Shown here one piece after another: positions 22,943 through 31,465 of a stretch of DNA of 64,000 nucleotides (the stretch's first letter is position 1; each line of letters opens with the position of its first letter). The position numbers and the translations under genes were made by a program. The notes under the pieces were generated by a model that saw only the letters and a program-made list of their open reading frames with translations, was not told the DNA's origin and did no database searches. Source of the stretch: Candidatus Eiseniibacteriota bacterium (lineage in GTDB: Bacteria > Eisenbacteria > RBG-16-71-46); contig CAVZLN010000003.1 of NCBI GenBank assembly GCA_963776245.1, forward strand, positions 256,001-320,000, in the 5' to 3' direction.

Positions 22943-23152
22943 ATGAACGTCCGCATCCTCCGCAATGAATGCTGCGGCAATGCCGAGTGTGTCGCCCTCG
23001 CGCCCAACGTGTTCGTGCTCGACAGCAAGAACAAGGCGGTGGTCGTCTCGGCCGAGTCCGCCACGCGCGCCCTGCTGATCGAGGTGGCGGAGGCCTGCCC
23101 CTGCCAGGCCATCGTGCTCGAGGACGACGACGGCAAGCAGGTGCATCCCTAG
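22943..23152 (+). CDS. Single-cluster ferredoxin (probably [3Fe-4S])
   Basis: CCGNAEC..APNVF...ACPCQAI (CxxNxxC..CP). Confidence 0.88.
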   Translation: MNVRILRNECCGNAECVALAPNVFVLDSKNKAVVVSAESATRALLIEVAEACPCQAIVLEDDDGKQVHP

Positions 23153-23221
23153 CCCCACCGCCGGGTGGCGGACCTGCTGATGGCAGTTGTCGCCGGACGA
23201 TCGCTTCCCTAACCTCCCGCC

Positions 23222-23623
23222 ATGTCCATCCTGCTCCAGCTCACGCTGCTCCCTGAGCGCTTCGCGGTCTGTCGTCTGCCGACCGACGCGCCGATCCCCG
23301 CCTGGGTGTTCGCGGCCGACGCGCCGCTGTGGTCGATCACGCGCACGCGCGAGGAGACCTCGATCGTCGTGGAGGAGGCGGGCGTCCCGCCGAGCGTCAC
23401 TCAGGTCGAACCGGGCTGGCGCGCCCTGCTCCTGCACGGGCCCCTACCGTTCGCCACCGTCGGGGTGATCGCCGCGCTCAGCGCGCCGCTCGCGGCGGCG
23501 CGGGTGCCGGTGTTCGTGCTCTCGACCTACGACACCGACGTGGTGCTGGTGAAGTCCGAGTCCCTCGACGCGGCGGTGGCGGCGCTCCGCGGCGCGGGCG
23601 TGCGGGTGGAGACGCCGGAGTAG
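23222..23623 (+). CDS. ACT domain protein (ACT_7/CASTOR-like)
   Basis: SITRTREETSIV, GWRAL, GPLPFATVGVIA, VFVLSTYDTDVVLV. Confidence 0.9.
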   Translation: MSILLQLTLLPERFAVCRLPTDAPIPAWVFAADAPLWSITRTREETSIVVEEAGVPPSVTQVEPGWRALLLHGPLPFATVGVIAALSAPLAAARVPVFVLSTYDTDVVLVKSESLDAAVAALRGAGVRVETPE

Positions 23624-23630
23624 GCGGAGC

Positions 23631-24678
23631 TCACATCCCCTTGCCGGTGCGCAGCTGGTCGACGATCGCCTCGAGCACGGCGCGCGGCGGACGCACGCGA
23701 TCGAGCGGCAGGTGCGCGAGCGGCGTGTCCACCATGCTGGAGCTCCTCGGTGAAGGAGCGGCTGGCCGGGTCCACGTAGATCAGCCCGGTCACCAGGCGC
23801 CGCTCCTGGCGCGCCTCGTGCAGCGTGTCGAGGGCGGCCTCGCGGTCGGTCGGGTCGTAGTCCTCGGCGAGCTTCTTGAGCACGATGTTCGAGCCGTCGG
23901 GCATCTCGACGTCGCGCGTCTCGCCGGGCTCGTACTCGACGTGGATGTCCTCGAAGTAGGGCACGTACTCGATGTCGTGCAGCGGCGCGTCGTGCTCCTT
24001 CACGCGGCGTAGGACTTGGTCGAGCCCTCGTGGTCGGCGAACGTCACGCACGGGCTGATGACGTCGATCACCGCGGTGCCGCGGTGCGCGAACGCCGCCT
24101 TGAGCAGCGGCCGCAGCTGCTTCTGGTCGCCCGAGAACGAGCGCGCCACGAACGCGCAGCCCAGCTCGATCGCGAGCGCGCACAGGTCGATGGGCATCAG
24201 CCGGTTGGCCTCGCCGCCCTTGCGCGTGCTGCCGATGTCGGCGGTGGCGGAGAACTGGCCCTTGGTGAGGCCGTACACGCCGTTGTTCTCGACGATGTAC
24301 ACCACCGGCACGTTGCGGCGCACCAGGTGCACGAAGTGGCCCATGCCGATGCTGGCGGTGTCGCCGTCGCCCGAGACGCCGATCAGCAGCAGCTCGCGGT
24401 TCGCCACGCTCACGCCGGTGGCGATGGTGGGCATGCGGCCGTGCACGGCGTTGAAGCCGTGCGAGGTGCCGAGGAAGTAGGCCGGCGTCTTGCTCGAGCA
24501 GCCGATGCCCGAGAGCTTGGCGACGCGGTGCGGCTCGAGCCCGGCCTCGTACGCGGCCTGGATGATGCCGCCGGTGATGGCGTTGTGGCCGCAGCCCGGG
24601 CACAGCGTGGTCTTGCGAGCCGTCGTAGTCGGCCCGCGTCAGGCCGACGCGGTTGCGCGGCACGCTGGTCTCGCTCAT
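23631..24678 (-). CDS. korB: 2-oxoacid:ferredoxin oxidoreductase beta subunit; frameshifts at ~24617, ~24003 and ~23737
   Basis: TLCPGCGH, SGIGCSSK, HGR, GDGDTASIG..ENNGVYGLTKGQ, ISPCVTF spread over several frames. Confidence 0.9.
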
Positions 24679-26488
24679 CGCCCCGCTCCTTCCGCGGCCG
24701 GCACGCGCCCCTCGGCGCGCAGGATGTGTTCGGTCACGCTCGCGGCGTCGAGCGGCAGCCCGTCGTAGTGACGCACCGAGCGCACCCGCGGCGCGTGCTC
24801 CCCGGCCTCGAGCACGACCAGCTGGGCCATCTGCCCGTCGCGGTTCTGCTCGACCACGTACACGCGCGGATAGCGCGCGACGAACGCGGCGACGTGCGCG
24901 GTGAACGGCAGCGCCCTCACCCGCAGGTAGCCGTCTTCACGCCGGCGGCCCGCAGCTGGTCGCGCGCCTCGACCATCGCCCAGTGGGACGAGCCGTAGGC
25001 GATCAGCCCGACCTCGGCGCCGGCGTCCTCGGGCAGCAGCGGCGCCGGCACCAGCGTGCGGGCGGTCTCCATCTTCCGCGCCAGCCGGTCCATCACGCGC
25101 ACGTAGGCCTCGGGGCTCTCGGTGTAGCGCGCCGCCTCGTCGTGGCCCGAGCCGCGCGTGAAGTACGCGCCCTTCGGGTCCTTCACGCCCGGCAGCGTGC
25201 GGTACGGGATGGCGTCGCCGTCGCTGTCGCGGTAGCGCTCGAACTTCGCCAGGCCCTTCAGCTGCTCGTCGTCGAGCACCTTGCCGCGGTCCCACGGCCG
25301 CTCGGGATAGGCGAACGGCTCCGCCACCCAGTTGTTCATGCCGAGGTCGAGGTCGGAGAGCACGAACAGCGGCGTCTGCAGCCGCTCGGCGAGGTCGAAC
25401 GCCCGCCCGCCGAAGTCGAAGCACTCCTCGACCGAGCACGGCAGCAGCACCGGGTGACGGGTGTCGCCGTGCGAGAGCCCGTGCACGAACGCGAGGTCGG
25501 CCTGCGAGGTGCGCGTCGGCAGGCCGGTGCTGGGGCCGATGCGCTGGATGTCCCAGATCACCGCGGGGATCTCGGCGTAGTAGCCGTAGCCGGTGAACTC
25601 GGCCATCAGCGAGATGCCCGGGCCCGAGGTCGCGGTCATCGCGCGCGCGCCCGCCCAGCCGGCGCCGAGCACCATGCCGATGGCGGCGATCTCGTCCTCG
25701 GACTGCACCACGGCGTAGGTCGCGCGGCCGGTCGCGGGGTCCCTGCGATGGGTGTCGAGGAAGCCGATCAGCGCTTCGATGAGACTCGAGGAGGGTGTGA
25801 TCGGATACCACGTCACCACGGTGACGCCGCCGAACATCGCACCCAGCGCCGCGGCGGTGTTGCCGTCCACCAGCATCCGGCCGGCCGTCGCGTCCATGCG
25901 CTCGAGCGCGTACGGATCGGCCTTGGGCAGGTTCGCCCGCGCCCACTCCCACCCCGCGCGCACCGCGGCGTGATTGAGCGCCAGCGACTTCGGCTTGCCG
26001 CCGAGCATGGCGTCGAGCGCGCGCTCGATCTCGGCTTCGTCGATGCCGAGCTTCTCGGCCAGCACGCCGACGTACACCATGTTCGCCACCAGCCGGCGCA
26101 GCTTCACCTCGGTGGTGACGGGCTCCACCAGCTTGGCCACCGGCACGCGGTACACGACGCGATCGGCGGGGAGGTCGGCCAGCTTGATCGCGTCGTTGAG
26201 CACGATCATCGAGCCCGGCTTCATCGCCGCCACGTCGGCCGCGGCGGTCTCCGGGTTCATCACCACCAGGATCTCGTGGTCGCGGCGGCGCGCGACGTAG
26301 CCGTCCCTGCTCACGCGGATGGTGAACCAGGTCGGCAGCCCGGCGATGTTCGAGGGGAACAGGTTCTTCCCGCTCACCGGGATGCCCATCTGGAGGATGG
26401 CGCGCAGCAGCACGCTGTTCGCGGTCTGGCTGCCCGATCCATTGACCGTGGCGACCTGGATGCTGAAGTCGTTGACGAGGCGGTTCAC
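24675..26488 (-). CDS. korA: 2-oxoacid:ferredoxin oxidoreductase alpha subunit; frameshift at ~24931
   Basis: VATVNGSGSQ, WYPITPSSS, QSEDEIAA, TATSGPGISLM, GPSTGLPTRT, VVEQNRDGQ; GTGA overlap with the upstream gene. Confidence 0.93.
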
Positions 26489-27525
26489 GTTCGGGGGTCT
26501 CCGTCCGCGCCGCCGGCGGGGCGGCGCTCGGCGTCCTGGGGGGCGGTGTAGAGGTCGGTCATGGTCACGCGCTGCGGCTGGCGCACGTGGAGGTAGGCGG
26601 AGTTCGCGGCCACCGCGCCCTCGCCCGAGGCGGTGATGAGCAGCTTGTACTTGCCGGGATAGGTCACGATGTCGCCGCACGCGAAGATGCCCGGGACCGA
26701 GGTGCACATCGAGGCGTCCACCGGGATCTGGCTGCCTTCGACCGCGATGCCCCAGCGCTTCACCGCCTCGAGGTTCACCGCCGCGCCGATGTTGACCACC
26801 AGGTGGTCGCACTCGATGCGCTGTGGCTCGGCGGCGCCGCGGGTCAGCACGGTCACCGCGCGCAGCGCACCGTCCTCGTGCTCGATGGTCTTGACGCGCG
26901 TCTCGAGCCTCACCGCGATGCCGAGCGCCTGCACCGCCTCGATGTTCTTCTCCATCGCGGTGAAGTGGTCGAGCACCTGCACCAGCGTGACCGTGGCGCC
27001 CGCCGCGTGCGCGGCCTGGGCGCTCTCGAGGCCGGAGTCCCCGCCGCCGACCACCACCACGCGGCGGCCGGCGACCCGCGCGGCCTCGGCGAGGCGGTAG
27101 CTGACGCAGTCCTCGCGCAACCGCTCCTCGCCCGCCACCCGGAGCCTCCGCGGCTCGAACGCCCCGCCGCCGATCGCCACGATGACCGCGCCGACCGTGT
27201 GCGTCCCGGTGGTGTCGGCAGCGATGTCGAGCGCGGTCGCCTCGAAGGTGCCGTCGTCGAGGCGCTTGAGGTCGAGCACCTTGCGCTCGGCGAGGATCTC
27301 GACGCCGAGGCCCAGCGCGTGCTCGACCAGGCGGTCGGCGAGCGTGCGCGCGACGATGACGTCCTCGCCCGGCCAGTCGTGCACCGGCTTCTCGCCGTAG
27401 ACCGAGATCAGCTGCCCGCCGGGCCGCGAGGCGTCGAGCACCAGCACCGACATGCGGCGCATGCGCAGGAACATCCCGGCGGTCAGCCCCGCGGGCCCGC
27501 CGCCGATGATCAGGACCTCGTGCAA
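26485..27525 (-). CDS. TrxR-fold ferredoxin-NADP+ reductase (YumC-like)
   Basis: IIGGGPAG, GGQL..YGEKPVHD, VVGGGDSG, FACGDIVTYPGKYKLL; no CxxC; TTG start inferred. Confidence 0.82.
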   Translation of the reverse strand: MHEVLIIGGGPAGLTAGMFLRMRRMSVLVLDASRPGGQLISVYGEKPVHDWPGEDVIVARTLADRLVEHALGLGVEILAERKVLDLKRLDDGTFEATALDIAADTTGTHTVGAVIVAIGGGAFEPRRLRVAGEERLREDCVSYRLAEAARVAGRRVVVVGGGDSGLESAQAAHAAGATVTLVQVLDHFTAMEKNIEAVQALGIAVRLETRVKTIEHEDGALRAVTVLTRGAAEPQRIECDHLVVNIGAAVNLEAVKRWGIAVEGSQIPVDASMCTSVPGIFACGDIVTYPGKYKLLITASGEGAVAANSAYLHVRQPQRVTMTDLYTAPQDAERRPAGGADGDPRT

Positions 27526-27616
27526 CGCTTCCCGCCTTTCGCGGAGTGCGCGCGGAACCGGGCGCCGGAGGAGGCCTCCGGCGGGCGCGACGGGGTCCTG
27601 CGCGCGGGATGCACGC

Positions 27617-27646
27617 ACGGTAAAGGCGCCCTCGCCGCGCGGTCAA
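27617..27646 (-). promoter_or_regulatory. Sigma-70-type promoter for FNR-korAB
   Basis: TTGACC-N18-TACCGT on the minus strand. Confidence 0.5.
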
Positions 27647-27718
27647 GGAGCGCCGGGCCGCGCCCGGCGCGGGCGCCGCGCCGCTGCCAGCGGCGTTCGT
27701 CGCGCTCGCCGCGCCCGC

Positions 27719-27748
27719 TTGACCCCCCCTCGCGGCCCGGCGTAGCGT
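27719..27748 (+). promoter_or_regulatory. Sigma-70-type promoter for the NTase-TPM-LemA operon
   Basis: TTGACC-N18-TAGCGT, 10 nt before ATG 27759. Confidence 0.5.
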
Positions 27749-27758
27749 CCCGGGCGTC

Positions 27759-28517
27759 ATGAGCACGCACAGCGTCATGCGCACCGAACCCGCGCCCGAG
27801 ATCCTCGACGGCGTGCGGCGTTGGCTCGAGCCGGTGCGCGCCGCGCTCGGCCCGGACTTCCTCTCGGCCTACCTCACCGGCAGCGTGCTCACGCTGGCGT
27901 GGAATCCCAAGCGCTCGGCGGTGAACCTGCTGGTGATCGCCCGCGCGCTCGGCGCCGAGCGTCTTGACGCGCTGGTGAAGGCGGTGCCCGCGCCCGCCAA
28001 GAAGGGGCCGCGCGTCGAGCCGCTGTTCCTCACCCAGCGCCAGATCGAGCACTCGCTCGACGTCTTCCCGATCGAGTGGACCGAGATCCGCGAGCGCCAC
28101 CTGCTGATCGAGGGCGAGGACGTGGTCGGACCGCTGGTGGTGCCGCCCCGCTCGCTGCGCACCCAGCTCGAGCACGAGCTGCGCAGCAAGCACATCCGGC
28201 TGCGCCATGCCTACCTGCTGTCGCAGGCCTCGCCCGCCGCGCTCGAACGCGAGCTGCGCGGCATGGCCTCCTCGTTCGCCGCGCTGTTCCGCACCCTGCT
28301 GCGCCTGCAGGGCGAGCCGGTGCCGGCCGAGGCCGCGCAGGTGCTCGAGCGCGTCGCCGTCCTCTACAAGCTCGACGCCCAGAGCCTGCTCGGCGTCCAC
28401 CTGCTGCGCTACGCCGAACGATCGTGGAAGCCCGCCGAGATCCTGTCGCTCTACCGCGGGTTCCTCACCAGCATCGACCGACTCATCGAAGCGATCGACG
28501 AGCTGCGCCTGCCATGA
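27759..28517 (+). CDS. Nucleotidyltransferase-fold hypothetical protein
   Basis: SAYLTGSV...SAVNLLVI, DVFPIEW..IRE, LRTQLEHELR; helical C-terminal domain. Confidence 0.65.
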   Translation: MSTHSVMRTEPAPEILDGVRRWLEPVRAALGPDFLSAYLTGSVLTLAWNPKRSAVNLLVIARALGAERLDALVKAVPAPAKKGPRVEPLFLTQRQIEHSLDVFPIEWTEIRERHLLIEGEDVVGPLVVPPRSLRTQLEHELRSKHIRLRHAYLLSQASPAALERELRGMASSFAALFRTLLRLQGEPVPAEAAQVLERVAVLYKLDAQSLLGVHLLRYAERSWKPAEILSLYRGFLTSIDRLIEAIDELRLP

Positions 28518-29329
28518 GCGCGCGGCGCGTCAGCGCGCGCCTCGGCGTCGCCCTGCTGCTCGCCGTCCTCGTCCTCTCGCCGGCGGGCGCCGCGCGTGCG
28601 CAGGCGCCCGACGAGGGGCCCGCGATCCCTCCCGCGGTGGGCTTCGTCAACGACCGCGCCGGCGTCCTGGACGAGCCCGCGCGCGCGCGGCTCGAAGCGT
28701 TCCTCGATCAGGTGAAGCAGAAGACCGGGGCCGAGTTCGCGGTGCTGGTGGTGGATTCCACCGCGCCGGTGACACCGGTGGAGTACAAGACGCGGGTCTT
28801 CAAGGCGTGGGGCATCGGCGGGAAGGAGCGCGACGAAGGGCTGCTGATGCTGGTCGCGCTGCGCGAGCGCCGGGTGGAGTTCGAGACCGGCTACGGCCTC
28901 GAGGGGGCGCTCACCGACGCCTTCGAGGCGCGCGTGGTGCGCGACGTGATGGCGCCGCTGATGCGCGGCGGCGACCGGGCGGGCGCCATCACCCAGGGCG
29001 CGCTCGCGATCTCCGCGCGGATCGCGAAGGACAAGGGCGTCACGCTCGAGTGGGACGGGCGCGAACTGCGCTACGACGGCCCGGGGCGGGGGTCGCGGCT
29101 CCCCGGCTGGGTGATCGCGCTGCTGGTGTTCATGCTGGTGAGCTCGATGCTCTCGGGGTTCGGCGGCGGCCGCTACGGCCGCGGCGGCCGGTACCACGGC
29201 GGCGGCGGCTGGGGCGGCGGCTGGGGGGGCGGCTTCGGCGGGGGTGGCTTCGGCGGCGGGGGCGGTGGATCGTTCGGCGGATTCGGCGGCGGGGCGAGCG
29301 GCGGCGGTGGGGGCGGGGGCGGTTGGTGA
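28514..29329 (+). CDS. TPM domain protein (YgcG family) with Gly-rich tail
   Basis: VNDRAGVL, WGIGGKERDEGLL, ETGYGLEGALTD; TM helix then GGFGGGASGGGGGGGGW. Confidence 0.92.
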   Translation: MSARRVSARLGVALLLAVLVLSPAGAARAQAPDEGPAIPPAVGFVNDRAGVLDEPARARLEAFLDQVKQKTGAEFAVLVVDSTAPVTPVEYKTRVFKAWGIGGKERDEGLLMLVALRERRVEFETGYGLEGALTDAFEARVVRDVMAPLMRGGDRAGAITQGALAISARIAKDKGVTLEWDGRELRYDGPGRGSRLPGWVIALLVFMLVSSMLSGFGGGRYGRGGRYHGGGGWGGGWGGGFGGGGFGGGGGGSFGGFGGGASGGGGGGGGW

Positions 29330-29380
29330 GGTGAGCCCGCGCGCGTGGTGCGCGCGGTCCAACGACAGGGAGAATCCGGT

Positions 29381-29962
29381 ATGAAGCGTGGACTGCTGGT
29401 GGCACTCGTGGTCGTGGCCCTGATGCTCCTCGGCGTCGGCGGATGCCTGGTGGGCAACTACAACCGGCTGGTGACGTCGAAGGAGGCGGTGAGCCAGAAG
29501 TGGGCGCAGGTGGACAACCAGCTCCAGCGCCGCAATGACCTCATCGGCAACCTGGTCGAGTCGGTCAAGGGCACCGCGACCCAGGAGCAGACGGTGTTCG
29601 GCGACATCGCCGACGCGCGCGCGCGCATGAGCGGTGCGCGCACCCCGCAGGAGGGCATCGCCGCGGGCCAGGCGATGGACGGCGCCATCGGACGGCTGCT
29701 GGTGGTGGTGGAGAACTACCCCCAGCTCAAGAGCAACGAGGCGTTCCTGGGACTGATGGACGAGCTCACCGGCACCGAGAACCGCCTCGCCACCGAGCGC
29801 ATGCGCTACAACGACGAGGTGCGCGGCTACAACACCATGATCAAGCGCTTCCCCACCAACCTGTACGCCGCGGCGTTCCGCTTCGCGGCGGCGCCGTACT
29901 ACCCGGTGGCCGAGAAGGCGAAGGTCGTGCCCAAGGTGGACTTCAGCGGCCTGAAGCCCTGA
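29381..29962 (+). CDS. lemA: LemA family protein
   Basis: YNRLV, WAQVDNQLQRRNDLI, ENYPQLKSN, ELTGTENR, FP. Confidence 0.95.
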   Translation: MKRGLLVALVVVALMLLGVGGCLVGNYNRLVTSKEAVSQKWAQVDNQLQRRNDLIGNLVESVKGTATQEQTVFGDIADARARMSGARTPQEGIAAGQAMDGAIGRLLVVVENYPQLKSNEAFLGLMDELTGTENRLATERMRYNDEVRGYNTMIKRFPTNLYAAAFRFAAAPYYPVAEKAKVVPKVDFSGLKP

Positions 29963-29990
29963 CCCCGCACGCGCGCCGGGCGCGGCGTCG

Positions 29991-31465
29991 TCAGGCCGCG
30001 CTCCGCTCCAGAGCGAGCAGGTCGCGCACCGCGGCCTCGAGCGCCTGGCGCGTGCCCGCGTCGAGCGCGTCGCCGAGCGACTCGGCGGCGCGCGCGGTGG
30101 CCGGGCCGAGCATCTCGCCGCCGGCCCGCGCGATCACCAGCCGTCGCGCGAACGCCACCAGCAGGGCGGCGCGCGCCGACGGCGGGTCGGCCGCGTGCTC
30201 GGGCGAGGAGGGCGCGGCGGCGGCGAGCGCCGCCAGTTCGGCGATCCAGCCGGTGGAGTCGTCGGTCGCGAGGCGCGCCAGCGCCTCGCGCAGGCGCGGC
30301 TCGCCGGCCGCGGCGCCCAGCCCCACCGCGTGCTTCAGCAGGCCGCGGGTGCGCGGCGGCAGCAGCGCGACGCGCGCCACGCGCTCCACCAGCCCGGCCG
30401 CCTCGGCGCGCAACGCCGGGGTCGCGGGATCGCCGGCGACGCTCGCGAGCAGCTCCACCGAGCGCTCGAGCGAGCTGCGGTAGCGGCGCGCGTTGCGCAG
30501 CGCGCCCGCCACCAGATCGCACAGGCCCGCCACCAGATCGAAATCGTGGGCCTGGGGCTCGAGCCCGTCGCCGCGCTCGTCGGTGAGCAGCACGCCCTCG
30601 AGGCCATCGGGCCCCGCCAGCGGGGCGGCCAGCACGAAGCCGCCCGCGACCATCCCCTGCAGTTCCCCCGCCAGCTCCGGCTGGCGCTCCATCTCGCGCC
30701 GCAGCACCGGGCGCCCGAGCGCCAGCAGCAGCGCGGCCAGCGCGCCGTCCGGCGCGAGCGAGAAGCCCGCGACGCGGTCGAACGAATCACCCCGCACGGC
30801 GAGCGGCTCGAGCGCGGCGCGATCGCGGCCGGCCGCGAGCAGCGGCCACCGTGGTCACCCCGAGGCGGCTCTGGGCGGCGCCCAGGAAGCGGTGTGCGAG
30901 CGACGTCGTGGTCGAGCGTGAGATGGAGGTCGCGGCCGACGCCGAACGCCAGCTCGCGCAGCCGCTGTTCGCGGCGGGTCTCGACGTGCGAGCGCCTCAC
31001 CTCGTCGCGCGCGCGCGCCAGCTCGCGCTCGAGCTCGACGCCGCGGCGGCGCATCTCGCGCGTCTCCGCGGCGCGCGCGAGCAGCCGGCGCGAGCGCGCC
31101 ACCAGCTCCCGCGGGGAGAACGGCTTGGCCACGAAGTCGTCGGCGCCCACCGCGAGCCCGTGGACGCGCGATTCGGTCTCGCCCGCGGCCGACACCAGGA
31201 TGAGCGGCGCGGCCTGATCGCCGCGCTCGCGGCGCAGCGCCTCGCACACCTCGAAGCCGCTGCGCTTGGGCAGGCGCACGTCGAGCACGATCAGGTCGGG
31301 TTGCTCCGCCAGCGCCTTGCGATAGGCCTCGTCGCCGTCCACCGCGGTGAGCACTTCGTATCCCTGGGTCGAGAACGAGACCTCGAGGAGCTCCAGCACG
31401 CGGCGGTCGTCGTCCACCACCAGCACGCGCGCGGGCGGCTGCGGGGCGCGCGGGAACACGCTCAT
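29991..31465 (-). CDS. Response regulator: REC + coiled coil + GAF + degenerate HD-GYP; frameshifts at ~30900 and ~30845
   Basis: VLVVDDD, LIVLDVRLP, LVSA, KPF; GAF-like AAPL..GVLL..FDLVAGLCDLVAGALRNA; HD-GYP-like helices without HD. Confidence 0.75.

Noticed and set aside
24917..27784. 955-aa ORF apparently extending korA
   Set aside because: The N-terminal part is an off-frame shadow of the FNR gene; korA starts at GTG 26488.
29161..29326. GGC-rich low-complexity repeat
   Set aside because: It encodes the usual Gly-rich tail of TPM/YgcG proteins.
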